Assembly: GCA_021825385.1 (NCBI GenBank) | Contig: JAKAHU010000002.1 | Span: 1 to 38,118, forward strand | DNA from: Chloroflexota bacterium | GTDB taxonomy: Bacteria > Chloroflexota > Limnocylindria > Limnocylindrales > CSP1-4 | Direction: 5' to 3' | Length of the DNA: 38,118 nucleotides | Shown here: piece by piece, positions 9,210 through 17,930 of the stretch | Layout of the letters: every line of letters starts with the position of its first letter | Position numbering within the stretch: the first letter of the stretch is position 1 | The notes under the pieces: model-generated | What the model was told of the DNA's origin: nothing | The model's database searches: none | Seen by the model: the letters and a program-made list of their open reading frames with translations, nothing else | Made by a program: the position numbers and the translations under genes

Positions 9210-9712
9210 CCGTGACATCTGTTCGTAAGGACGCCGAGGCGCGCACGATGACGGTGGAGGCCGAGTTCGACGCATCGGCCGAGCGGATCTGGCAGCTGTG
9301 GGCCGATCCGCGCCAGCTCGAGCGCTGGTGGGGGCCGCCTGCCTACCCCGCCACGGTCACGGTGCACGAGTTCCGTCCCGGCGGCCGGGTCGAGTACCAC
9401 ATGACCGGGCCCGCGGGCGATCAGCCCCACGGCTACTGGGAGATCGTCGAGGTCGCGGCACCTCGGCACCTCGTCTTCCGTAACGGCTCCGCCAACGACG
9501 ACGGCAGCCCGAACACCGACCTGCCGGCCATGGTCGGCCGAGTAACGATCGAGGAGATCGGCGACGGACGGACCCACATGACCATCCAGAGCGAGTTCGC
9601 GAGCGTCGAGGCGATGGAGCAGGTGCTCGCCATGGGCACGGAGGAAGGCCTCAAGCTGGCCCTCGGCCAGATCGATGGGCTGCTCGCCGAGGACCCTGTC
9701 CGTTCCGCGTGA
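9206..9712 (+). CDS. SRPBCC / Aha1-domain (AHSA1-like) protein
   Basis: From Met21 of the track ORF: MTVTSVRKDAEARTMTVEAEFDASAERIWQLWADPRQLERWWGPP..., a typical AHSA1-type SRPBCC protein. This is the classic ArsR-AHSA1 pair. Confidence 0.8.
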   Translation: MTVTSVRKDAEARTMTVEAEFDASAERIWQLWADPRQLERWWGPPAYPATVTVHEFRPGGRVEYHMTGPAGDQPHGYWEIVEVAAPRHLVFRNGSANDDGSPNTDLPAMVGRVTIEEIGDGRTHMTIQSEFASVEAMEQVLAMGTEEGLKLALGQIDGLLAEDPVRSA

Positions 9713-9788
9713 CCGGGTCTGCCCGATGACTCCCAGCGCCTCGCGCCGTCCATGAGTCCGACAGCCCACCACCCGAACGAGAGCGACC

Positions 9789-10658
9789 GTGACCGAGCCG
9801 ACGACCCGGACCCTCGATGTCTCAGGCGCGACCCTCACGTACGACGTCCGGCGCAACGCCGAGAGTGCTGAACCCATCCTCCTGCTCATCGGCTCGCCGA
9901 TAGGCGCGGCCGGGTTCGGCACGCTCGCCGGCCACTTCGCCGACCGCACCGTCGTGACCTACGACCCGCGCGGGGTCGAGCGCAGCACGAAGACCAACCC
10001 GACGTCCGAGTCGACGCCGGACGAGCATGCCGATGACGTGCACCGGATCATCCAGGCGCTCGGAGCCGGACCGGTCGACCTGTTCGCGACCAGCGGCGGG
10101 GCGGTGAACGCCCTGGCGCTCGTGGCCAAGCATCCGGAGGATGTGCGGACGCTCGTTGCGCACGAGCCCCCGCTCGCCTCGGTCCTGCCCGATCGCGAGG
10201 CGGCGCTCGCCGTCTCCCGGGCAGTCAGCGAGACGTATCGGCGGAGCGGCTGGGGGGCCGGGATGGCCCACTTCATCACGGTCGTCAGCCACCGCGGCGA
10301 GTTTTCCGACAACCACGCGCACCAGCCGGCGCCGGACCCGGCGATGTTCAGGATGCCGGCCGGGGACGACGGCTCGCGGACCGACCCGCTGCTCGGGCAG
10401 AACATGATCACCCGCACGCACTACGAACCCGACTTCTCGGCCCTGCGGGCCCCCTCGACGCGGATCGTGCTCGCGGCAGGCGAGGAGTCAGAGGGCGAGA
10501 TGGCGAATCGCGGCGCGCACGCGGTGGCCGAGCGCCTGGGTACCGAGCCTGTCCCCTTCCCGAGCAGCCACGGCGGCTTCCTCGGCGGTGAGTACGGCCA
10601 GACGGGCCAACCCGACGCCTTCGCCGCCAAGCTCCGCCAGGTCCTGGCCGGGACCTGA
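9789..10658 (+). CDS. Alpha/beta hydrolase
   Basis: 289 aa. The N-terminal LLLIGSPIGAAG and the nucleophile-elbow-like DLFATSGGAVNAL suggest the fold. Called on general resemblance. Confidence 0.7.
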   Translation: MTEPTTRTLDVSGATLTYDVRRNAESAEPILLLIGSPIGAAGFGTLAGHFADRTVVTYDPRGVERSTKTNPTSESTPDEHADDVHRIIQALGAGPVDLFATSGGAVNALALVAKHPEDVRTLVAHEPPLASVLPDREAALAVSRAVSETYRRSGWGAGMAHFITVVSHRGEFSDNHAHQPAPDPAMFRMPAGDDGSRTDPLLGQNMITRTHYEPDFSALRAPSTRIVLAAGEESEGEMANRGAHAVAERLGTEPVPFPSSHGGFLGGEYGQTGQPDAFAAKLRQVLAGT

Positions 10659-10671
10659 GGCGAGCAACCAC

Positions 10672-10785
10672 AGCCCGTCGCTCGTCGGGATCGTGCTCGA
10701 GATCGCTTCGCTCCCGGTCATGTCGTGGTTGGCGCACGAGAAGCGTCGCGTCAGCGCGGCGCTCGGCAGCCGGTCGATGCGCTGA
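10672..10785 (+). pseudogene. Short remnant (about 35 codons) resembling an internal segment of a small cation-efflux membrane protein
   Basis: SPSLVGIVLEIASLPVMSWLAHEKRRVSAALGSRS resembles, from memory, the ...VMP.L.WAKRR.G..LGS... segment of actinobacterial cation transporter proteins. No plausible N- or C-terminal remainder is present. Confidence 0.3.
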
Positions 10786-10824
10786 TCGGCCGCTCCAGCC
10801 CTCCATTGGCGGGCCAGTGCTAGC

Positions 10825-11496
10825 ATGTCGCCAATGCCCCGCTCCCGGATGTCGTCCTTGGCAGTCCTCGGCGCTCTTTCGCTGGCCGCGCTGGCGCTCA
10901 GCCATGAGTTGATCTACCTCATCGCGCACGGCGCGGGCGCCGGCTACACGGCTGCGATGCGGGAGGGTGGGCACGATCGCTACTGGACGAGCTTCGTCCT
11001 GATCGTGCTGGTTGTGACCGGTTGCCTGGGCGTCGTCGCGGCGGCGCAATGGCGGCGGCTCCGGAGACTCGCCGCCGACGTCCACGCCGGGACCGTGCGG
11101 GTCAATGACGGCAGTCTCGACCGATTCCTCGGGTTGCTCGGGCCGCTGTGGATCCGCGTGTCCGCCGGCACGATCGCCGCCTATGTGATCCAGGAGAACA
11201 TCGAAACGGCGAGCACGGGCGCCCCCCTACCAGGCGTCGGCGTCCTGGGCGGCGAGCACGCGATCGGCCTCCCGGTCCTGTTCGCGGTGAGCTTGGTGAT
11301 CGCGGTGGTCGGCGCGCTCGTCGGGTGGCGGCGGGAGGTCCTGCTCGCCCGGATCCGCGCAGCCGCAAGAGGGCGGCTCCGAGCCCCCGCCGCGACCCTG
11401 CGCCCGGCCCTGGCGGCCGCCAGGCTCGGCGGTCGTCGCGAGGGACGCCGTAACGGCGTCCGGGCGCCGCCACTCGGGCTGATCCGGCCAGCCTGA
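10825..11496 (+). CDS. Hypothetical membrane protein (about 4 TM), first gene of the copper/thiol operon
   Basis: Hydrophobic segments include LAVLGALSLAALAL, FVLIVLVVTGCLGVVAAA and LPVLFAVSLVIAVVGALV. No family recognised, and the Arg-rich tail could be a GC artefact. Confidence 0.5.
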   Translation: MSPMPRSRMSSLAVLGALSLAALALSHELIYLIAHGAGAGYTAAMREGGHDRYWTSFVLIVLVVTGCLGVVAAAQWRRLRRLAADVHAGTVRVNDGSLDRFLGLLGPLWIRVSAGTIAAYVIQENIETASTGAPLPGVGVLGGEHAIGLPVLFAVSLVIAVVGALVGWRREVLLARIRAAARGRLRAPAATLRPALAAARLGGRREGRRNGVRAPPLGLIRPA

Positions 11497-11523
11497 TCCA
11501 CCCCGTTCGGAACCGCCGGAGGG

Positions 11524-12156
11524 GTGGGCTCCCCTCGGAGGTGTCCCTTGACGCGCCCGTTCCTCCGCGCGCTCCTCTGCGCGGCACTCCTGTCGCTGAT
11601 CGCCAGTCCCGTCCTCGCCCACGCCGAGCTCGTGTCCGCCGCACCCGGCCTGGGCGATCAGGTCGAAGGCTCGCCGGCGAAGCTCGTCACGACGTTCAGC
11701 CAGAACCTCAACGTCTCGCGGACGTCGCTCGAGGTCCGCGACGCGTCGGGCTCAACCGTGGCCAAGGGCGGCGAGCTCGGCGCTAGTCCCCGAGAATTCC
11801 GCCTTGCCCTGCCCGAGCTCGCGCCCGGCAAATACCAGGTCCGCTGGACGTCGTTCTCGTCCGAGGACGGCGAGCTCGCTCGCGGCTCGTATACGTTTAC
11901 GGTCGTCGCGGCCCCGAGCCCGTCGCCATCACCCTCGCCGTCGCCGTTGCCGTCGCCGACCCCGACGCAATCGACCTCGCCGTCTGCTTCGCTGGCACCG
12001 ATCACGCCCGCCACACCATCACCGGCGCCGAGCGCGATACCTGCGCCCAGCGATGCGTCGGGCGGCGGTGGTGGCGCTGTGCTCATTCTGATCGGGGCCG
12101 CACTCGCGGTCGTGGGCGGGATCGGCATCTGGCTCGTCCGGCGACGAAGCACGTGA
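11524..12156 (+). CDS. copC: CopC-domain copper-binding protein with Pro/Ser-rich linker and C-terminal TM anchor
   Basis: The signal peptide ends ...SPVLA|HAELVSAAP, giving the N-terminal His of CopC. The CopC-like core is ...YQVRWTSFSSEDGELARGSYTFTV, followed by an (SP)n linker and AVLILIGAALAVVGGIGIWLV. An alternative TTG start at 11548 sits behind GGAGG. Confidence 0.85.
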   Translation: MGSPRRCPLTRPFLRALLCAALLSLIASPVLAHAELVSAAPGLGDQVEGSPAKLVTTFSQNLNVSRTSLEVRDASGSTVAKGGELGASPREFRLALPELAPGKYQVRWTSFSSEDGELARGSYTFTVVAAPSPSPSPSPSPLPSPTPTQSTSPSASLAPITPATPSPAPSAIPAPSDASGGGGGAVLILIGAALAVVGGIGIWLVRRRST

Positions 12157-13118
12157 GATTCGCACGAGTCACCCTCGCGGCGCTCGCGCTGGCGGTCCTC
12201 GCGCCAGCAGGGGCGCTCGCCCACGGCGCCGCGCAGGGACGGCCGCCAACCGACCCGCTTGGCATCGCGCTCGCCTGGCACCTCGACGTGTCGCTCATCC
12301 TCGGGCTCGCGGCGGCTGCGGCCGCCTATCTCTCGGCCGCCCGGTCGGTCGGCGCCGCCCATCGCGCGAACCCCTGGCCGCGGCGCCGGACCGTCGCGTA
12401 CCTCGCGGCACTGGCTGCCGTTGGCCTGGCCCTGCTCTCGCCGGTCGACACCCTGTCCGATGACCTCCTGAGCGTCCACATGGTCCAGCACCTCCTGCTC
12501 GTGTCGGTCGCCGCGCCCCTGTTCGCCCTGAGCGGGATCGGAACGCTCGCCCTGCGGGCGTCGAGCGCCGATGTCCGCGACCGGTACCTCCTGCCGTTCC
12601 TCCACAGCCGGCTCGTGAGCGCGCTGACGTTCCCGGTCGTCGGCGGGGTCGCCTTCGCCGGCGTCATGTGGGGCTCTCACTTCTCGACGCTCTACAACGC
12701 GGCCTTGCTCGACGGCAGGGTCCACGCCCTCGAGCACCTCTTGTACCTCGCCGCCGCCTGCCTGTTCTGGTGGCCGCTCCTCAGTCCCGACCCGCTCCGC
12801 TGGCGGATCCACCCGGGTGGCAAGCTCGTCGCGCTGCTCGCCCAGATGCCACCGATGAGCTTCCTCGCCGTCACGATCATCGGTGCTTCGGCGCCGCTCT
12901 ACGCCGCCTACCTCGGACGGACCGACGCGTTCGGCATCGACGCCCTGTCCGACCAGCGCATCGCCGGATCGCTGATGTGGCTCACCGGCGATCTCGCCTT
13001 CCTCATCCCGGGTGCCGCTCTCCTCCTCGCGCTGGTACGCCACGAGGAGGCCGAGGCGAAGCGGGTCGACGCCCGCCTCGACCGCGAGCGCCGAGCCCTG
13101 TCTCGAAAGGAGTCCTGA
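12153..13118 (+). CDS. Cytochrome c oxidase assembly factor CtaG-type (Caa3_CtaG family) membrane protein
   Basis: HMVQHLLLVSVAAPLFAL, FWWPLLSPDP and multiple TM segments match the family. The GTG start overlaps the CopC stop (GTGA). Confidence 0.75.
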   Translation: MRFARVTLAALALAVLAPAGALAHGAAQGRPPTDPLGIALAWHLDVSLILGLAAAAAAYLSAARSVGAAHRANPWPRRRTVAYLAALAAVGLALLSPVDTLSDDLLSVHMVQHLLLVSVAAPLFALSGIGTLALRASSADVRDRYLLPFLHSRLVSALTFPVVGGVAFAGVMWGSHFSTLYNAALLDGRVHALEHLLYLAAACLFWWPLLSPDPLRWRIHPGGKLVALLAQMPPMSFLAVTIIGASAPLYAAYLGRTDAFGIDALSDQRIAGSLMWLTGDLAFLIPGAALLLALVRHEEAEAKRVDARLDRERRALSRKES

Positions 13119-13120
13119 CG

Positions 13121-14044
13121 ATGCGCGCCCTCCCGGCCCTCCTCACCGCGACGCTCCTGCTCGCGGCCTGCTCCTCGGGCGGCGGCTCCCCGCCGGCATC
13201 GAGCGGCGCGGTGGCGAGTCCGTCGGCCGCCGCGTCCGGCGGGCCCGAGATCCTGCCGCTCCTCATCAATTCCGAGATCCTCAAGGGTCCGAACCGGTTC
13301 CTGTTCTCGCTGACCGACCGGGCGAACAAGCTCGTCGCCGCGCCCGACGTCAAGGTCCACCTGCTCTTCTACGACGTCGACACGGCCGAGAACACGGTCG
13401 TGTTCGAGGCGGACGCCCGGTTCCTGTGGGCGATCGAGGGCGAGCAGGGGCTGTACGTCGCCACCATCGATTTCCCCGACGCCGGGCGCTGGGGCACGAG
13501 GTTCGAGGCGACGTTCCCGAACGGCGCCGTCAAGGCCGTCCGCGCCGATTACGACGTGCGCGAGTCGGGCACGACGCCGGCGCTCGGGACCAAGGCGCCG
13601 TCGGTCGACACGCCGACCGCGGCCGACGTCGGCGGCGACCTCGCCAGGCTCTCGACGGACCAGTCGCCCGACCCGCGCTTCTACGAGCTCTCGATCGCCG
13701 ACGCGCTCGCCGCGGGGAAGCCGGTCGTCGTGACGTTCGCCACGCCGGCCTTCTGCCAGACCCGCCTGTGCGGCCCGACGCTCGAGACCGTCAAGCGGGT
13801 CGCCAAGGACTACCCGGCGATCACGTTCATCAACGTCGAGCCCTACAAGATGGCCTACAAGGACGGCAGCCTCCAGCCCGAACTCGACGCCCAGGGTCAG
13901 CTCCAGCCCGCCGACTGGACGAACGCCTGGGGCCTCCAGTCCGAGCCGTACACGTTCGTCGTGGCAGCCGACGGGACGGTTGCCGCGAAGTTCGAGGGCG
14001 TGCTCGGCGAGGACGAGCTGCGAGGCGCGCTCGATGCCCTATGA
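13121..14044 (+). CDS. Lipoprotein with an N-terminal beta-rich domain and a C-terminal thioredoxin-like fold (CX4C)
   Basis: MRALPALLTATLLLAAC is a lipobox and an AAAGGAG RBS precedes it. The C-terminal KPVVVTFATPAFCQTRLCGPTLE...FINVEPY is thioredoxin/AhpC-TSA-like. Confidence 0.7.
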   Translation: MRALPALLTATLLLAACSSGGGSPPASSGAVASPSAAASGGPEILPLLINSEILKGPNRFLFSLTDRANKLVAAPDVKVHLLFYDVDTAENTVVFEADARFLWAIEGEQGLYVATIDFPDAGRWGTRFEATFPNGAVKAVRADYDVRESGTTPALGTKAPSVDTPTAADVGGDLARLSTDQSPDPRFYELSIADALAAGKPVVVTFATPAFCQTRLCGPTLETVKRVAKDYPAITFINVEPYKMAYKDGSLQPELDAQGQLQPADWTNAWGLQSEPYTFVVAADGTVAAKFEGVLGEDELRGALDAL

Positions 14045-14367
14045 ACCCGTTCCGTTCGCTGTTCCTGTTCCTGGCCCTGGCGGTCGCACTCGCGGCCTGC
14101 GGCCCGGCTCCGCGGACCGTGGCGGGCTTCGTGGTCGACGTGAAGAGCACGAGCCTGACCGAGATCCAGAGCTTCACCCTGCGGACCCCGGACGGCCAGG
14201 AGCTCGTGTTCAAGGTCGGCGCGCTCGAGCTCGATGGGGGCGCCTTCCCGGCGGGTCACCTCCGCCAACACATGGCTCTCAACCAGGCGGTCGCGGTCGC
14301 CTACCGCGAGGAGGGCGGCGAGCGGGTCGCCTACCGGCTCGTCGATGCGACGTGGCTGCAGCCGTGA
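14041..14367 (+). CDS. Small lipoprotein, unknown function (108 aa)
   Basis: MNPFRSLFLFLALAVALAACG is a lipobox. There is an ATGA overlap with the upstream gene and a GTGA overlap with the downstream gene. Confidence 0.6.
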   Translation: MNPFRSLFLFLALAVALAACGPAPRTVAGFVVDVKSTSLTEIQSFTLRTPDGQELVFKVGALELDGGAFPAGHLRQHMALNQAVAVAYREEGGERVAYRLVDATWLQP

Positions 14368-15779
14368 GACGCCTGCCCGTCGCGCTCGCTGCCCTCGCGG
14401 CGCTCCTGGCGCTCCCGGGCCCCACCCTCGCCCACAACCTCGTCGGCCGGCTCGAGTCGCCGCTGCCACTGGCGGTCTACCTCGCCGGGGCGGCGATGGC
14501 GGTCGCACTCTCGTTCGCCTTCGTCATCCTGCGCGACGTCCGGGCACCGGCCGACCCACCGGCCCGGACGGTCACGGTCCCACGGCCGCTCGTCCTCGGC
14601 CTCCGGGCGATCGGCCTCGCGGGCTGGCTCTGGATCGTCGCCCAGACGATCGTCGGCGGCTCGTCCAACGCCGACGTCTCGAGCCTCTTCCTGTGGGTCT
14701 ACGGCTGGGTGGGCCTGGCCGCGGTGTCGGCGTTCGTCGGCCCGATCTGGAGCTGGCTCGACCCGTTCGCGACGCTGTTCGACCTCGGCGCCGCGGTTCT
14801 CCGCCGCCTCGACGTCGCGGCCTGGGAACCGGCACCGTATCCGGCAAGGCTGGGGGCCTGGCCGGCCGTCGCGGGCCTGGCGTTCGTCGCCTGGCTCGAG
14901 CTCGTCTACCGCGGCGGCGGGCTCGGCGTCGTCCTGCTCGGCTACACGGCCCTGACCCTCCTGGCCATGGCCAACTTCGGGCGGGACGCCTGGCGTGAGC
15001 GGGGCGAGACGTTCTCGGTCTGGTTTGGGACGCTCAACCGGCTCGCCCCGTTCGGGCCGCCGAGCGAGCCCGGGGGGCGCACGATCGAGCGGCGGCGGTT
15101 CGCCTCGGGGCTTCTCGCGCCGGGGTGGACGCGGCCCCACGTCGTCCTCGTGGCGATCGGCGCGGCCTCGATCCTGTACGACGGCCTGTCCCAGACACAG
15201 ATCTGGTTCGACCTGTTCGGGCTGCCCGGCCTTCCGCTCGCTACGCTCCTGCTGCTCGGCTTCCTTGGCCTCGTCGTCGGCCTCGCCCTCGCGGTCGGGC
15301 GCCTGGTTAGCCTCGCCGCGGTCGGGGCCGGCCTCGTGCCGATCGCGGTCGGCTACCTCGTCGCCCACTACCTGACCTACCTGCTCGGTGACGGCCAGCG
15401 GATCGTCGTCGCGATCTCCGATCCGCTCCAGCTCGGCTGGGACCTCTTCGGGACCGCCTTCTACGAGCCGGGCACGGACTGGATCCCGCCGGCGCTGCTG
15501 TGGACGGTCATGCTCGCGGCGGTCGTCGGCGGCCACGTCCTGGGCGCCTGGTCGGGCCATGTCGTCGCCGTCCGCGACGCACCGGCGCGATCCGACGTGC
15601 GCCTTCGCCAGGTGCCGCTCGCGGCGCTCATGGTCGGGCTCACCGCAACGACCCTGTGGTCGCTCGGCCAGACGATCGTCAAGGAGCCGGCCGAGATGCC
15701 GGGGGCCGTCTCGACGTCGGTTGACGTCCTCGCCGCGATATCCGTCGGCGAGGAACCCGGCCCTCGGGGCACGCCATGA
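14364..15779 (+). CDS. Polytopic membrane protein, unknown function (471 aa, roughly 10 TM)
   Basis: The GTG at 14364 is in frame with track ORF 13980..15779. The signal-like N-terminus ends ...GPTLA|HNLVG. Many TM segments are present and no family was recognised. Confidence 0.65.
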   Translation: MRRLPVALAALAALLALPGPTLAHNLVGRLESPLPLAVYLAGAAMAVALSFAFVILRDVRAPADPPARTVTVPRPLVLGLRAIGLAGWLWIVAQTIVGGSSNADVSSLFLWVYGWVGLAAVSAFVGPIWSWLDPFATLFDLGAAVLRRLDVAAWEPAPYPARLGAWPAVAGLAFVAWLELVYRGGGLGVVLLGYTALTLLAMANFGRDAWRERGETFSVWFGTLNRLAPFGPPSEPGGRTIERRRFASGLLAPGWTRPHVVLVAIGAASILYDGLSQTQIWFDLFGLPGLPLATLLLLGFLGLVVGLALAVGRLVSLAAVGAGLVPIAVGYLVAHYLTYLLGDGQRIVVAISDPLQLGWDLFGTAFYEPGTDWIPPALLWTVMLAAVVGGHVLGAWSGHVVAVRDAPARSDVRLRQVPLAALMVGLTATTLWSLGQTIVKEPAEMPGAVSTSVDVLAAISVGEEPGPRGTP

Positions 15780-16336
15780 TCGGAGTCGAGACGGTCGCCG
15801 TCTTCTACTCGATCCTGGCCCTCGTCGCGAACGCCGCCGTCGTCGCGGTCGTTGTTCTCGTTGCGGCGGGCCGCCGCGAACGACTGCGCGACGGGCTCGG
15901 CGGGAGCGTGCTGCCAGCCGCGTTCGTCGTCGCGACGCTCGCGACGCTGGGCAGCCTGTACTTCTCGGAGGTCGCCCACTTCGAGCCGTGCCGGCTGTGC
16001 TGGTACCAGCGGATCGCGATGTACCCGCTCGTCATCATCCTCGGAATCGCCGCCTGGCGGGGCGACGCGCGCGTCCGGCGGTACGTCGTCCCGCTCGCCG
16101 CCATCGGTGCCCTGATCGCCGGCTACCACTACGCGCTCGAGTGGCTGCCGTGGCTGGACTCGGGCGTCTGCTCGGCGTCCACGCCGTGCACGCTCGTCTG
16201 GTTCCGCGAGTTCGGCTTCGTCAGCCTGCCGTACCTCGCGCTGTCGGCGTTCCTTTTCATCCTCGCGCTGGTGGCGCTCGCCCCTGTCCCGGCGTCGGAC
16301 GATCGCGAGGATCCGCTCCCTCGGAGGCCATCGTGA
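15776..16336 (+). CDS. Disulfide bond formation protein, DsbB/BdbC family
   Basis: Contains the CRLCWYQR first-loop CxxC, a second Cys pair (CSASTPC) and 4 TM segments. There is an ATGA overlap upstream. Confidence 0.8.
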   Translation: MIGVETVAVFYSILALVANAAVVAVVVLVAAGRRERLRDGLGGSVLPAAFVVATLATLGSLYFSEVAHFEPCRLCWYQRIAMYPLVIILGIAAWRGDARVRRYVVPLAAIGALIAGYHYALEWLPWLDSGVCSASTPCTLVWFREFGFVSLPYLALSAFLFILALVALAPVPASDDREDPLPRRPS

Positions 16337-17094
16337 CGAAACCCCGACGATGGCGAGCCCAGCCCGGGCCCGCCAGCACCCCCGGTCGCGCCACGGCCGG
16401 TCCGACCCAGCCAAGTCCGGTCATGCCGGTGCGCGGCCGCCGGTCGCCAGATCGACCAGTCCCGGGACGGTTCTCCGGCGCCGTGCTCGCCGTCGGTGCC
16501 GTGGTCGTCGCTGCTGCCGCGGTCATCGCCGTCCTCCTGACCCAGTCGCCAGGCGCGCCAGCAGGTTCGGCAGCGCCGACTGTGGCCTCGCCATCGACGG
16601 CTGCCACGCAGCCGGCGGTCGGCGCCGCCTTGCCGGCCTTCGTCGCCACGGAGAACGACCCCGCCGTCGGGCGGCCGATCCCCGAGGTTGATGGCGCCTC
16701 CTTCGACGGCAGTTCCGTCAGCATCGCCGCGGACAGCCGCCCGAAGGTCGTCCTGTTCCTCGCCCACTGGTGCCCCCACTGCCAGCGCGAGGTGCCCGTG
16801 GTCAAGGCCTGGCTCGACCGCGGAGGCCTGCCGGCCGGGGTCGACCTCGTGTCGGTGGCCACGGCGATCGACCCGAACCGGCCGAACTATCCCCCCGACG
16901 CGTGGCTGTCACGCGAAGGCTGGCAGGCGCCGGTGCTGGTCGATGGCGACGGCTCGATCGCGACCCGGTACGGCCTGAGTGCGTTCCCCTACTGGGTGGC
17001 GGTCAACGCGGATGGCACCGTGGCGAGGCGGTTGACCGGCGAGCTGAGGCCCGACCAGCTCGATGACCTCGTGGCCTCGGTGGCAGGGTCATGA
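16333..17094 (+). CDS. Membrane-anchored TlpA/ResA-like thiol-disulfide oxidoreductase
   Basis: A single TM anchor (AVLAVGAVVVAAAAVIAVLL) precedes VVLFLAHWCPHCQREVP (WCPHC). The GTG at 16333 overlaps the DsbB stop; an alternative ATG lies at 16423. Confidence 0.8.
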   Translation: MTKPRRWRAQPGPASTPGRATAGPTQPSPVMPVRGRRSPDRPVPGRFSGAVLAVGAVVVAAAAVIAVLLTQSPGAPAGSAAPTVASPSTAATQPAVGAALPAFVATENDPAVGRPIPEVDGASFDGSSVSIAADSRPKVVLFLAHWCPHCQREVPVVKAWLDRGGLPAGVDLVSVATAIDPNRPNYPPDAWLSREGWQAPVLVDGDGSIATRYGLSAFPYWVAVNADGTVARRLTGELRPDQLDDLVASVAGS

Positions 17095-17184
17095 GGAGAC
17101 CCTGCGTGGCCGTGGCCGCCCGTCGGCGCTCGCGGCCGATCCTAACCGAGCCGCCGCTGGCGGCGATCGCCCGGGTGGTCTCCG

Positions 17185-17892
17185 ATGGCTAAGCGCCGCC
17201 GAAGCTCGCGCCCGGCCCCGGTGATGCCGGCCGCCGCGCGCCCGCGACGCCGGGCGCCGGAGCCCAAGCGGCGACGGCTGCCGTCGCTGCGGGTCGTCCT
17301 CGTCGGTCTCGCCGCGGTCGGGGTGGTCGGCGTGGTCGGGCTCGCGTTCATCGGCAGCGCGACCGCCCGCGACTACTCGTGCGCGGAGCTGCTGACCGCC
17401 CCGCCCGACGCGTCGGTCGCCGACGGGTTCGCGACCAAATCGCTCGGCCAAGCCCACGTCGGGGTGGGCACGAAGATCCGCTACGGCTTCTGCCCGCCGA
17501 CATCGGGCGGCCACTACAACGCCGCCGGTGCCGGGCCGCTCCGGCCGGGCTTCTACGGGCCCGACGCTGACGCCGGCCCGGGCGGCTGGGTCCACAACCT
17601 CGAGCACGGCTACGTCGTCGCCCTCTACCGCTGCGCCGAGGGGTCGTGCCCGTCGGACGCCGAGCTCGCGACTCTCCGCGCGTTCGCGGCGAACGGCCCG
17701 CCGACCCAGTCGGCGGCCGCCTGCGGCTATCGCTCGAAGGTCCTCGTCGCCCGCTTCGACGAGCTGTCCACGCCATATGCGCTACTCGCCTGGGACCGGG
17801 CGCTGCTCCTCGACGCCTTCGACGAGGCGACGGCCCGCGACTTCGCGAGCCGCTCGATCGAGGCAACCGCGCCGGAACCGAATGCATGTTGA
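17185..17892 (+). CDS. DUF3105-domain protein with N-terminal TM anchor
   Basis: YGFCPPTSGGHY...GGWVHNLEHGYVVALY matches my memory of the DUF3105 signature. The Arg-rich N-terminus is followed by one TM segment. Confidence 0.7.
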   Translation: MAKRRRSSRPAPVMPAAARPRRRAPEPKRRRLPSLRVVLVGLAAVGVVGVVGLAFIGSATARDYSCAELLTAPPDASVADGFATKSLGQAHVGVGTKIRYGFCPPTSGGHYNAAGAGPLRPGFYGPDADAGPGGWVHNLEHGYVVALYRCAEGSCPSDAELATLRAFAANGPPTQSAAACGYRSKVLVARFDELSTPYALLAWDRALLLDAFDEATARDFASRSIEATAPEPNAC

Positions 17893-17930
17893 CCCGAGAA
17901 CACCGTCGAAATCCCGAACTGGAGGCATCG

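Noticed and set aside
11900-12060. Pro/Ser-rich repetitive DNA and other short tandem repeats considered as CRISPR-like or mobile-element repeats
   Set aside because: They are in-frame low-complexity linkers or simple duplications without spacers of uniform length. No cas, transposase or integrase genes and no terminal inverted repeats were seen anywhere in the window.
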